Positions 1 through 14,092 of a stretch of 64,000 nt of DNA are shown here, piece by piece (within the stretch, counting starts at the first letter, position 1; each line of letters opens with the position of its first letter). The DNA is from Eledone cirrhosa (lineage: Eukaryota). The notes beneath the pieces were generated by a model. It was not told the DNA's origin, searched no databases, and worked only from the letters and a program-made list of their open reading frames with translations. The stretch is from positions 28,892,001 to 28,956,000 of the forward strand of contig OZ024757.1 of the NCBI GenBank assembly GCA_964016885.1, given 5' to 3'. A program made the translations under genes and the position numbers.

Positions 1-499
1 ATTATGATTCTAATAAGGCAACCAATTAACAAAGTGACCTAAAATGGCGTCCGAGACATTTCACCTCTCAGCAGCAAGGATTTTGTTTTTTATCGGTAGA
101 GATTTATTCAGACAGCAGCTCTATCTTTTCTAATTATTTGGGCGTGACAGAAGATATAAAGAGTTAAATGTTTCACTGAATATTATCGGTATGTAGTTAA
201 TCTTTCGTTAATATCTCAGATCAGACTAATCCAATAAGGTTTCAGCTAGGATTTCTCTTGTCAAAATACTTTACATCAATCAATTTGTCAGACAAGAACA
301 GACGTAGATATCATATATATCTGAATATACGTAATATATGTTTCTGCATTTCATTGAATGAAGCTATTTAAATGGTAGATTGACAGCGTATTTTACAATC
401 TGCACTGCAGGCTATACCTTGGTATTTAAACATCACCTACAGATTCTGAACTGAATAGGAAGTTTGGCTACATAGATATAATGTGGAAGACATCTGGAT

Positions 500-825
500 T
501 GTTAGACACCATGGGTAGATGTTGACAGGATATATAGACACAGTGTATAGATGTTGACTTGATAGATAGACACTGTGTGTATATGCTGTGTCAATTGATA
601 GACACTGTGTGTATATGTTGACTGGATAGATAGACACTCCGTGTATATGCTGTGTGGATTGATAGACACTGTGTGTATATGTTGACTGGATAGATAGACA
701 CAGTGTGTATATGCTGTGTGGATTGATAGACACTGTGTGTATATGTTGATTGGATATACAGACACAGTGTGTATATGTTGACTTGATAAATAGACACAGT
801 GTGTAGATTAATAGACAGTGCATAG
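500..825. repeat. 32-bp minisatellite with alternating 64-bp dimer
   Basis: gatagacac.gtgtgtatatg followed alternately by ttgactgga and ctgtgtgga. Confidence 0.85.
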
Positions 826-867
826 ATATTTACCCACTTTTCAAGACAGTAATATATATATATATAA

Positions 868-910
<43 letters not shown>

Positions 911-1006
911 TATATATATACACATATATATATATATGTGTGTGTGCGTGTGTGTGTATATATATATATGTATGTATATATATATATATATTTATTTATT
1001 CATTTT

Positions 1007-1045
<39 letters not shown>

Positions 1046-1659
1046 CCCCATATATATATATGCACCCCCATATATATATATGGGGGTGCACACACGTGCG
1101 CGTCAGCACCCGTTGCACTGCCTGTACCTATCTACACATCACACATTATTGAAATGAGACAGACAGGAGCCGAGGGGTATTGTGTGTCTGTATGTGTGTC
1201 AGCATGTGCCTGTATGTTTGTGTATGTGTGTGTGTGAATGTGTGGGTGTGAGTGTAGATGTGTGAGTGTAGGTATGTGTGTGTGTGTGTGTCCCACAAGT
1301 CTGCCGCAATGCAGATCACTTAATGATGATCCACTATTACGTCAGAGATAATCTAAACAGATCTGTGTAGATAACCCAAGTTCTTACAGTTAAGTACCGC
1401 ACCAAACAAACTACTCACATTGAGACAGATACGGACTGGCTCTTAAAACCAGACCACACTCTTCTCAAATGAAAAACATTGCCTGTGATTTCCAAAAAAA
1501 TTTTTTTAAATATTCATTTATTTAGAAGGATTTAGTAATATAACTGACTTCCTCTGTATTAAACTGATTTTTGGAGGATAACTTAATGGTTCGTAGATAA
1601 CATTATGATGGAATGTTCAAAAACTGAGTTTTAAAACCATCTGACATTAACAAAATGTT

Positions 1660-2380
1660 GAGGGTCAATGAAGTGTTTTCACTGTTCAGTTAAGGTGACA
1701 CTGACTAAAAGATTGCCGAGGACCAGGGGTGTGTTTTCATTGCTTAGTTAAGGTTACATTGACTAACTGATTGCTGAGAGCCAGCAGTGTATTTTCATTG
1801 CTCAGCTGAGGTGACACAGACTCCCGAGGGCCAGATGTGTGTTTTCATTGCTCAGTTGAGGGCCAGATGTGTGTTTTCATTGCTCAGCTGAGGGCCAGAT
1901 GTGTGTTTTCATTGCTCAGCTGAGGGCCAGATGTGTGTTTTCATTGCTCAACTGAGAGCCAGATGTGTGTTTTCATTGCTCAGCTGAGGGCCAGATGTGT
2001 GTTTTCATTGCTCAGCTGAGGGCCAGATGTATGTTTTCATTGCTCAGTTGAGGACCAGCAGTGTGTTTTCATTGCATAGCTGCGGTGACACTGACTTTTG
2101 AGGGCCAGAAGTGTGTTTTTACTCTCATTTGAAGTGATACTTACTACTAAGGGTCAGATGTATGTTTTCATTGCTCAGCTGAGGTGACACGGACTGCTAA
2201 GGGCCAGCAGTGTGTTTTCATTGCTCAGCTGAGGTGACACTGACTGCTAAGGTTCCAGAGATATGTTTTCACTCTCAGTTGAGGTGACACTGACTGCTGA
2301 GGGTCAGAGGTGTCTTTTCACTCTCAGCTGAGGTGACACTGACTGCTAAGGGTCAGATGTGTTTCTTTACTGCTCAGCCT
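1660..2380. repeat. 32-bp and ~53-bp minisatellite
   Basis: gagggccagatgtgtgttttcattgctcagct, with or without gaggtgacactgactgct. Confidence 0.88.
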
Positions 2381-2729
2381 AAACGTATTTCATTTTCATT
2401 TCAATCTTGTGCAGAGCCTAGAACTTGAGGTCATGTTCTGGGAACTACATGACCACAAAGATATATCTCATAGTATGACTTGTCAAATATTGTAATAGGG
2501 TCAAATATTTGTCAAAGATCAGTATTACACAGAGCTCTTCGTTTAAATACACTAACATTTTAGCAAATATTTCAGGTATACTTAGGTGTAAAGGATACCT
2601 GTAGAACAAATGTAAATGCAGTTTAATACCCTAAACCAATTATTTCCAACATGAGACACACGCCTCACAGGGGGTGCAATTTGAAAATTATGTTAATGAG
2701 AGCAAACTTCAGGTTTTACCTTATTACTT

Positions 2730-3075
2730 TTACACCAAGGTAATTTTGGAACAAATTACTGTCAGAAACTCCTGTCTCACCTCCTCCACACAGGTTATTG
2801 TACATCTGGTATCACCTATACCAAGGTAACTTTGGTAGACATTACTGTCAGAAACTCCTGTCTCACCTTCTCTACTCATGTTATTGTACATCTGGCATCA
2901 CCTATACCAAGGTAACTTTGGTAGACATTACTGTCAGAAACTCCTGTCTCACCTCCTCTACTCATGTTATTGTACATCTGGCATCACCTATACCAAGGTA
3001 ACTTTGGTAGACATTACTGTCAGAAACTCCTGTCTCACCTTCTCCACACATGTTATTGTTCCTCTGGCATCAACC
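2730..3075. repeat. 86-bp tandem repeat, ~4 copies
   Basis: ccaaggtaactttggtagacattactgtcagaaactcc recurs at 2821 and 2907. Confidence 0.9.
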
Positions 3076-3796
3076 AATCACCAATTTGTTTACACTTTGT
3101 AGTTGATCATCACTGTTTTTATATCAAAGTGGGACATAAAAATGTTTGAGATGTTAAGGTGGGGCATGGAGCACAAGAGATTGGAAATCACTGACTTAAA
3201 ACCCTTATTTATTTAAATTGAACAAGGGCACAATTTCACTGCTTATCATAGACATTATTTACCTGAGTTACACCTGTGTTCTCCCCTCTCTTTCTCCTCT
3301 TTTTCTTTACCTAACCTAGCCCAGCCACCCACCCACTGGGATTTCCTAAATTCCAGTGTGGCTTGTTTGTTTCTGGGAAGGTTTCTTTGTAAAAAAAATA
3401 TAAACACTTTAAGATAAACAGTTTTGTATAATAGAATTAGAGGTGGTTTTAACAGGATTTGTATTACCGGGGGGGGGGGGGGGGGAGCATTTCTGAATTA
3501 CGAGGGGTGAGGGGCGAATTTGGTCAATTTAGTTGTAACGATTAGTTTAGTCTCTTTGCACTCTAAAATGGTCAGAAAACTTTGATATGCGATAAACATA
3601 ACATGTACATAAATTGTAGCGCATATACAAATAGATGGGTGTTTTGGTAGTTTGGGGAGAAAAATATAATTGTTGGGGGATCTATAGTCCCCCCCACCCC
3701 CTGCCCCCTCTCCCCCAGTCCCACTGCCTCTATATTAAAAGGGTTAAGGAGTTCTCTGAAATCATCTCCCTTTCCTTTGTTTGTCCTGAAAACATC

Positions 3797-3843
<47 letters not shown>

Positions 3844-3988
3844 GTACAAGTGAAACTTCCATCATATTGATCTTGTTGGTCATGGAGGGGATTTCACCGA
3901 GGTCACAGGCATTGACTCACCATCGACTGCTTCTTTGTCAAACACTCACACATGTGTATATGTATGTGTATATATATATATGTATATA

Positions 3989-4071
<83 letters not shown>

Positions 4072-4112
4072 CGATATTAAACAAATGGAAATTACATTTA
4101 TAAAACCATATT

Positions 4113-4178
4113 TATTTCATTATATATATTTCAGGGATATCATATTAAAAATATGGTATGCCCTCTTCAGGTAAAATA
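4113..4178 (-). ncRNA. Type I hammerhead motif (long helix II class), partly decayed
   Basis: Minus strand: tattttac CUGAAGA gggcauacca..ugauaucccu GAAA uauaua UA augaaaua; first helix I pair is C.A. Confidence 0.65.
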
Positions 4179-4435
4179 CAATATATAGACAGCTTTATAA
4201 ATAAATTTGACATACCTTAGAGTTCACAACTTCCATTTAAAAAGTTGTTACGGTATATATATTGTTATAAAAGTTGTTATGGTATATATATATATATATA
4301 TATATATATGTAGGAGGTGAGTTTTATTGTAGTACAATAAAGCAATGCAGATATCGGATAAGAAGCACTCTACAGTTTGTAGGACTGGAGTATGCATAAT
4401 ATAAGATCAAAAGATGGTTAAAGGAGTTCCATGTA

Positions 4436-4502
4436 TTTTATTATGCGCATTTCAAAAACAAACATCATCATGCAATAATATTTGTGTTTTCATCAGATAA
4501 AA
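4436..4502 (-). ncRNA. Type I hammerhead ribozyme motif (long helix II class), intact core
   Basis: Minus strand: uuuuau CUGAUGA, helix II with 15 of 16 pairs, GAAA ugcgca UA auaaaa; perfect 6-bp helix I; palindromic UGCGCA. Confidence 0.82.
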
Positions 4503-4596
4503 CAGGAGAACATGATATGAAGGCTAAAAAACACTTGTGGATAGTGCAGTTTTAAATCTACATATATATATATATATATATATGTATCTATATATG

Positions 4597-4627
<31 letters not shown>

Positions 4628-4719
4628 GTGTATATATATATAAATATATATATATTCGTACTGCCTCTCTGTTTTGTTCCCCGTTCAATTTTTCACTATA
4701 TATATACATACATACAAAG

Positions 4720-4754
<35 letters not shown>

Positions 4755-5318
4755 CACACACACATAGATACCACATCAAGAATAAATAAATAACTAGATA
4801 AGTAAACAAAGGACAATCCAGAATGTCGATCTATTTTCCGGTAGATTTAAGGATTAGTGGTGTCAGGAAGACGGAAGTTTGTATTGGTTAGTGGAGGTGT
4901 ATGTTGGGTGTGTGTGTGTGTATGTGTGTATGTGTGTGTGTATGTGTGTGTGTGAGTGTGTGTGTGTGTGTGTATGTGAGTGTCTGTGTGAGTGTCTGTG
5001 TCTGTATCTGTGTGTGTGTGTGTGTGAGTGTATGTGTGAGTGTCTGTGTGTGTATCTGTGTGTCTGTGTGTGTGTATGTGTGTGTGTGAGTGTCTGTATG
5101 AGTGTCTGTGTGAGTGTATGTGTGAGTGTATGTCTGAGTGTATGTGTGAGTGTCTGTGTGAGTGTCTGTGTGTCTGTGTGTGTGTGTGTCTGTGTGAGTG
5201 TCTGTGAGTGTATGTGTGAGTCTCTGTGTGTGTATCTGTGTGTCTGTGTGTGTGTGTGTGTGTGAGAGTGTCTGTGTGAGTGTCTGTGTGTCTGTGTGTG
5301 TGTATGTCTGTGTCTGTA

Positions 5319-5356
<38 letters not shown>

Positions 5357-6021
5357 TGTGTGAGTGTCTGTGTGTCTCTGTGTGTGTCTGTGTGAGTGTC
5401 TGTGTGATTGTATGTGTGTGTGTGTATGTGTGAGTGTCTGTATGAATGTCTGTGTGAGTGTATGTGTATGGGGAGGGTGTCTGTATGTGTGTGTGAGAGA
5501 GAGAGTATGTGTGTGTGTGAGTGTATGTGTGAGTGTCTGTGTGAGTGTCTGTGTGAGTGTCTGTATGAGTGTATGTGTGAGTGTATGTGTGGGGAGGGTG
5601 TCTGTGTGTGTGTGAATGTATGTGTGAGTGTCTCTGTGAGTGTATGTGTGAGTGTATGTGTGAGTGTCTGTGTGAGTGTATGTGTGAGTGTCTGTGTGAG
5701 TGTATGTGTGAGTGTGTGTGTGTCTGTGTGAGTGTCTGTGTGAGTGTCTGTGAGAGTGTGTGTGAGTGTATGTGTGAGTGTATGTGTGAGTGTATGTTCG
5801 TGGGGAGGATGTCTGTATGTGTGTGTGTGCATATGTGTGTCTGTGTGTGAGTATATGTGTGTGTATGTGTGTCTGTACATGTATGTCTGTATGAGTGTGT
5901 GTATATGTGAATGTGTGTCTGTATATGTCTGTCTGTATGTGTGTCTGTATGTGTATCTGTGAGTGAGTCTATGTGTGCATATGTGTGTCTGTGTGAGAGA
6001 GTGTGTGTATCTGGCCAGGAG

Positions 6022-6133
6022 GAAAATTTCTACTCTTCCACATCCTCCACACAGCCCAGATCTAGCTCCTTACAAGTTCTACCTCTTCCCTAAGTTGAAA
6101 TCGAAGTTGAAGGGTCATTGTTTTGGGATTGTA
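6022..6133 (+). pseudogene. Mariner transposase C-terminal fragment
   Basis: LPHPPHSPDLAPYKFYLFPKLKSKLKGHCF resembles the mariner HPPYSPDLAP.DF.LF motif. Confidence 0.85.
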
Positions 6134-6624
6134 CTATGAGATTTTGATATTATTTATTTTGAGAACAATACCTTAACATCAGTAAGAGTGGCCATTTAAG
6201 GCCGGTTTGAATAGAAAGAGGTGAGAGAATTCTGGCTGGATATGGACGGTTTAAATGCAAAAGGGTTAAATAAAACATCAGTACCCTTACTTTGGGGACA
6301 AACCTCGTAATTTAAAGGGTTCTTGTTTAAATTTAAAATCTTCCAACATATCAGAACCATATGTTAAGTTATTGTCTTATTAATGAAATAATTTTAGCAA
6401 ATCCCTCAGAATTCTTCATAAACATGTTTTATACCAGCCCTGCCAAAATCGGCCCTGCTTCTATGAAAAAAAAAAAACACACATGTTTTAAAGTGTTCCT
6501 ATTTAAATTAAAATCTAGCACATTCTATATTAGAAACATATGTTATGTTAGAATCTCAGTAATGAAATAATTAATAATATTAGTAAATCCTTCAAAATTT
6601 TTCATTAACACTTTTAATAACAAC

Positions 6625-7410
6625 ATAGTTAAAACCAGCTCTAATTCTGTGAAACAAAAAAGGGTTCCTCTTAGTTAAACCTAGTTAAAACCAGCTCTAA
6701 TTCTGTGAAACAAAAAAGGGTTCCTCCTAGTTAAACCTAGTTAAAACCAGCTCTGATTCTATGAAACAAAAAAGGGTTTCTCCTAGTTAAACCTAGTTAA
6801 AACCAGCTCTGATTCTATGAAACAAAAAAGGGTTTCTCCTAGTTAAACTTAGTTAAAACCAGCTCTGATTCTATGAAACAAAAAAGGGTTAATACAAATT
6901 AAACCTAGTTAAAAGCAGCTCTAATTCTGTGAAACAAAAAAGGGTTCCTCTTAGTTAAACTTAGTTAAAACCAGCTCTGTTTCTATGAAACAAAAAAGGG
7001 TTTCTCCTAGTTAAACCTAGTTAAAACCAGCTCTGATTCTATGAAACAAAAAAGGGTTTCTCCTAGTTAAACCTAGTTAAAACCAGTTCTGATTCTATGA
7101 AACAAAAAAGGGTTTCTCCTAGTTAAACCTAGTTAAAACAAACTCTAATTCTATGAAACAAAAAAAGGGTTTCTCCTAGTTAAACCTAGTTAAAAGCAGC
7201 TCTAATTCTGTGAAATAAAAAGGGTTTCTCCTAGTTAAACCTAGTTAAAACCAGCTCTGATTCTATGAAACAAAAAAGGGTTTCTCCTAGTTAAACCCAG
7301 TTAAAACCAGCTCTAATTCTGTGAAACAAAAAGAGTTTCTCCTAGTTAAACCCAGTTAAAACTAACTCTGATTCTATGAAACAAAAAAGGGTTCCTCTTA
7401 TTTAAATTAA
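6625..7410. repeat. 56-bp minisatellite, ~14 copies
   Basis: agttaaaaccagctctgattctatgaaacaaaaaagggtttctcctagttaaacct. Confidence 0.92.
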
Positions 7411-7859
7411 AACTTTCCAACATAATTTTATATAAGAAACATATGTTACATTACTAGTAAACCCCTCAAAACTCTTAATTAATGAATGAATGAATGAATG
7501 AATGAATGAATTAATTAAAATAGAGTGTATTTCATTAGAAATACAGTCACGAAAGGTGTTAACACGTTAACCATCCATTAACTTCACAAGAACAAGAAAG
7601 GAGTAAATGGAATATTTTCAATAGATGGGAGTTATGACTTCAGGAAATCTTCATTTTGAAAGTTTTTGCTGTAATTTTTGTAGCTTTCTTAAAACTGTTA
7701 ATAAATGCAATATGCTAATTTAAACTTTTCACGTTTAAAATTATATTATCTAAATTAGTCAAAAGTTCATTTTTTTTTCAACATTCATATGTAGTGTAGT
7801 GTAAATCATAAGTGATTAAATAAATGGAAATAATTAATTATTAATTACCATACCACACC

Positions 7860-10800
7860 TACACACACACCACTACTGCCAGTATCGACACCACCACCAT
7901 CAACATAGTTACCACCATCATCATCATCACCACCACCAATATTGTCACCACCACCAACATCATCACCAACATCACCACCATCATCACCACCACCACCATC
8001 AGTATCGCCACCACTAGCATCAATTGTCACCACCACCAAAACTCCCATCATCACCACCACCACCATCATCACCAACATTATCACTACCATCACCACCATC
8101 ATCATCACCGCCATCACCATCAGTATCGCCACCCCTAGCATCAATTGTCACCACCACCAAAACTCCCATCATCACCACCACCACCACCACCACCATCATC
8201 ACCAACATTATCACCACCATCACCACCATCATCATCACCACCATCACCACCACCAGCATAATCAACATCACCACCACCACCACTATCATCACCATCACCA
8301 TCACCATCATCACCAACACCATCACCACCACCACCACCACCACCACCACCACCATCGCCATCGCCACCATCATCATAATCATCATCATCATCATCACCAC
8401 CATCATCACATACCAACATTATTACAACCACACATCACACCTGAGTCACACAAACTTGTGTGTGATCGTCAACACATGTGTATTGGGGAGATGTTAACAG
8501 TTCCATCCATGTTCATCGGTACCTCCACCACCACCACCACCACTACTACCACCACTACCACCACCACCACCACCACTACCACCACTGACATCAACACCAC
8601 CACCACCACCACCACCACCACCACCACTACACCACCACTACCACCACCACTACACCACTACCACCACTGACATCAACACCACCACCACCACCACCACCAC
8701 CACTGACATCAACACCACCACCACCACCACTCCACCACTGACATCAACACCACCACCACCACCACTACCACCACTGACATCAACACCACCACCACCACCA
8801 CTACCACCACCATTACCACCACTGACATCAACACCACCACCACCACCACCACTACCACCACCAACGCCACCACTATCACCACTGACATCAACACCACCAC
8901 CACCACTACCACCACCACCACCACTACCACCACCAACGCCACCACTACCACCACTGACATCAATACCACCACCACCACCACCACCACCACCACCAATGCC
9001 ACCACTACCACCACTGACATCAACACCACCACCACCACCACCACCAATGCCACCACTACCACCACTGACATCAACACCACCACCACCTCTACAACTACCA
9101 CCACCACCACCTATACTGACATTAGCAGCAGCAGTAGCAACACCACCACCACCACCACCTCTACAACTACCACCACCACCTATACTGACATTAGCAGCAA
9201 CACCACCACCACCACCACCTCTACAACTACCACCACCACCTATACTGACATTAGCAGCAACACCACCACCACCACCACTACCTCTACAACTACCACCACC
9301 ACCTATACTGATATTAACAGCAACACCACCACCACCACCACCACCACCACCACCTCTACAACTACCACCACCACCTATACTGACATTAGCAGCAGCACCA
9401 CCACCACCACCACCTCTACAACTACCACCACCACCTATACTGATATTAACAGCAACACCACCACCACCACCACCACCACCTCTACAACTACCACCACCAC
9501 CTATACTGACATTAGCAGCAGCACCACCACCACCACCACCTCTACAACTACCACCACCACCTATACTGACATTAGCAGCACCACCACCAACACCACCACC
9601 TCTACAACTACCACCACCACCTATACTGATATTAACAGCAACACCACCACCACCACCACCACCACCTCTACAACTACCACCACCACCTATACTGACATTA
9701 GCAGCACCACCACCACCACCACCACCTCTACAACTACCACCACCACCTATACTGACATTAGCAGCAACACCACCACCACCACCACCACCTCTACAACTAC
9801 CACCACCACCTATACTGACATTAGCAGCAACACCACCACCACCACCACTACCTCTACAACTACCACCACCACCTATACTGATATTAACAGCAACACCACC
9901 ACCACCACCACCACCACCTCTACAACTACCACCACCACCACCTATACAGACATTAGCAGCACCACCACCACCACCACCACCTCTACAACTACCACCACCA
10001 CCTATACTGACATTAGCAGCACCACCACCAACACCACCACCACCACCTCTACAACTACCACCACCACCTATACTGATATTAACAGCAACACCACCACCAC
10101 CACCACCACCACCTCTACAACTACCACCACCACCTATACTGACGTTAGCAGCACCACCACCACCACCACCACCACCTCTACAACTACCACCACCACCTAT
10201 ACTAACATTAGCAGCAGCACCACCACCACCACCACCACCACCACCTCTACAACTACCACCATCATCACAGTTAACCCAGTTTTATGAGGCGTGAAACGAC
10301 TGAGAATATCAGACTTTTCCCCATGGAAAGTACACTAGTCCATCACGAAATTAAACTCCAAGTTGGCTGGTGGTATTTATTTTCAGCAAAGGGCAGTGGA
10401 TTGGCAGTATCGGTAGAGGGTCGGACGCCATGCTTTCCAGCATAGTTACGTCCCTTTACGATCTGAGTTCAAATCCGACCGAGGTTGACTTTGCCTTTCA
10501 TCCTTACAGGGTCGATAAAATAAAGTGATGTGATGGTATGGTGTGATGATTGTGGTGATGGTGGTGGTGGTATGATGGTCGCGTTGAGGGTGTTATTGTC
10601 ATGGTGGTGGTGTCATGGTCATGGTGTGATGGTTGTGATGATGGTGGTGGTGCAATGGTCGTAGTGTGATGGTGGTGGTGGTGTGATGTTCATGGTGGTA
10701 GTGATGATGTGATGGTGGTAGTGATGATGTGATGGTGGAGGTGGTGGTGGTGTGATGTTCATGGTGGTAGTGATGATGTGATGGTGGTGGTGTGATGTTC

Positions 10801-11620
10801 ATGGTGGTAGTGATGATGTGATGGTGGTAGTGATGATGTGATGGTGGAGGTGGTGGTGGTGTGATGTTCATGGTGGTAGTGATGATGTGATGGTGGTGGT
10901 GGTGGTGTGATGTTCATGGTGGTAGTGATGATGTGATGGTGATGGTGGTGGTGGTGTGATGGTGGTGGTGTGATGATGTGATGGTGGTGGTGGTGGTGAA
11001 TTAGTGTTGCTAGTGAAATATTTTTTAAGTGAGTTTTTTTATTTTTGCTTTTGTTTTTGGAAACTTGGTAAATACATTTATAACTAACTTTATATGGTAG
11101 TGACTTGAAAAATGTCCCCTGCCCCCATCATTCACTAAAACAAGGACATCATTTACAGAGTCCTCCTCCGCCTCCCCCTTCTTTCCCCTCTTCCACATCA
11201 TTATCATCATCATCATCATCATCACACTCCACTACCTTTGTCACCACCTTATCATCATCCCACCCCTTCCATCTCTTTATCAACATCACTATCATTATCA
11301 TCATCATCGTCATCCTGGTTATAAATGTCGTCCTCCTCCTCATCATTAGCATCACCATCACCACCATCATCACCACCACCATCACCACCACCACCACCAT
11401 CATCACCATTATCACCATCGCTACCATCACCACCATCATCACCACCATCACCACCATCATCACCACCACCACCGTCATCATCACCACCACCATCATCATC
11501 ATTATCGCCATCACCATTATCACCACCACTACCACCACCACCATCACCACCACCACCATCACCATCATCACCATCACCATCACCATCATCATTATCATCA
11601 TCATCATTACAAACATAATT
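7860..11620. repeat. (CAC/CAT)n-based complex repeats, including a ~60-bp unit at 9085-10260
   Basis: cctctacaactaccaccaccacctatactgacattagcagca plus variable (cca)n. Confidence 0.9.
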
Positions 11621-11917
11621 ACCCTAATTAGTATTGTTGTATTTTCCCTGCTCCACCCTTGACTCATGCCTGAGTAATTGTACTGTGTTGCCTGTATATA
11701 TATATATGTATATGTATGTATGTGTGTATGTATGTGTGTGTATGTGTGTGTATGTATCTATATATGTATGTATATGTATGTATGTATGTGTTTGTGTGTA
11801 TGTATGTGTGTGTATAAATCTCTATATATATGTATGTATATATGTGTATGTATGTATGTGTGTATGTATGTGTGTATGTATGTATGTATGTATGTATGTA
11901 TGTGTATGTATGTATAA

Positions 11918-11961
<44 letters not shown>

Positions 11962-13038
11962 ATGTATAAATGTATATATATGTGTGTGTATGAATATATG
12001 TATGCTTGTGTGTGAGTGCATATATGTCTGTGTTTGTGTGTGTATATGTGTAAATATGTATGTATATGTGTGTGGTGGGAAGGAGTCGCTTGTCTGAAAG
12101 TCAGTAAAACTATTTCCATATCTGGAGTAGCGGCAGGGTGTAATGACAGGGAGGGGCGAGGGCGTGATGGGGTGGTAGTCGGATGTTTAATGGGAAAGGA
12201 AAGAGGGTGGGGAATTGTATTGTATATTGTTATTGTCATTGCAGCTTTAGCTTTCATCTTTCTTAGGGTCGATAAATAAACTACCAGTAAAGTATTGTGC
12301 CAATTTACCATATTTCCTGACGGCGAAGACGCTGCGTCCTCGAGGTTACACCGTCATTTTGACAACCAAAAATTTGAAAAAAAATAATAATTGTTTCTAC
12401 TTTAGGCACAAGGCCAGCAATTACCCAGTGTATTACTGGTAATAAACAACCTTTGGCCTCCAGGACACACGGTAAATTTTTGAGACTTATTTTCGGAAAA
12501 AAGTAGCGTCTTCGATGCCAGGAAATACGGTAATTGACATAGCCCCCCCCCCCCCCCCGCCCCACAACACACAAAAAGAAAACGTGTTGGTTTTGTGGTT
12601 AAATCGAAAACCCTTTCTATTGGTAGAATCGTTAGAGCATCAGACAGCATTTAGTTACAGCCCTGTATGTCCTGAGTTCAAATCCTGCATACAGATATAC
12701 CAATCAGTCTATCTACGCGCATACTGATCGATCAACAAGATCCCAGACCTCATTCGTTTGCCGAGTGGAGTGGACCTGGTCAAATCGGACCTAGGAAACA
12801 ATGTTTCTATTGGTTTTTCCATTGCTGATTCTATCTACCGGTCCCAACTCTTTGGCAGAGAAAGAGCAACAGGAAATATAGTGTCTTGCTGAAGGACACA
12901 ACACATCACCCAATCCGAGAATTGAACTCGCAACCACCCAATCGTGAAACCAACTCTCTAACCACTAAGCCACTTGCCTTGAATCTGGTAAAAATATTAA
13001 AATCACAATTCATTGCTTCTTGTTTTGCTTTCTTTCAG

Positions 13039-13192
13039 ATTGCCTCTGCAATACCATTGCAGGGGCTGAAGATGAGGGGGCAATGTGACCCTTGATATAT
13101 AGATCAACATACAACCAAATATTGCTTCAAAGGGGTTTTATACAAAAGCAGAAAGAAGCCCTCAATAGAGCTAGTGGCGGCGTGTGGTGAAG
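13039..13192 (+). other. Candidate non-coding (5' UTR or lncRNA) exon
   Basis: Strong acceptor ttttgctttctttcag and donor AAG|gtaggt around 154 nt of unique sequence; stops in all three frames. Confidence 0.4.
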
Positions 13193-13262
13193 GTAGGTCC
13201 TTTTGTTACATACAAAAGAGTTCAACCCACTAACAAGACAGAACTCAATATTGATAATTAAA

Positions 13263-13326
<64 letters not shown>

Positions 13327-13455
13327 ACATGTATACACAATGAAAAACAGTGTATACAATAAAAAGCAAATACAGGTAATAAATTACGAAAAATGATATT
13401 AGTATCGAGTGAAAAGGAAAAAGAATGTATATATATATGTACAGGTGTATATAGG

Positions 13456-13508
<53 letters not shown>

Positions 13509-13593
13509 GTGTGTGTGTGTGAGTGTATATCAACTTTCATAGGTTTCGGCCAGTATTGGCCCAGGCCATGTCTAACTTAATAGCACCACCTTG

Positions 13594-13657
<64 letters not shown>

Positions 13658-14041
13658 AGGGAAGACGCAGTAGAGATAGGCCACGAAAAACATGGGCGGA
13701 GGTGGTGAGAACAGACCTCAGATCACTGAAACTCACCGAGGAGATGACGAAGGACTGTGACAAGTGGAGAGATGCTGAATAGAACCCGTCCAACCCTTGC
13801 AAACAGGGAAAAGCGGACGTAAAATGATGATGATGATGATGATATATTATATATATATATATATTGCAATAAATGGGGAGGGGAAGAGATAGATACATTC
13901 ATCACAATATAGATATGCATACCTATACATGTATATATACTTATATATGTATCTATCTATCTATATATATTCACACATACACACATACATATATATATAT
14001 GTACATATATACATATATATGTATATATGTATATATATATG

Positions 14042-14092
<51 letters not shown>

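Noticed and set aside
8996-10294. 432-aa proline-rich formin- or extensin-like ORF
   Set aside because: (CCA)n-based minisatellite open by composition; no flanking exons or FH2 domain
13520-13595. GGCC..GGCC-GAAA hairpin on - strand
   Set aside because: Core upstream of the hairpin is not recognisable as CUGANGA
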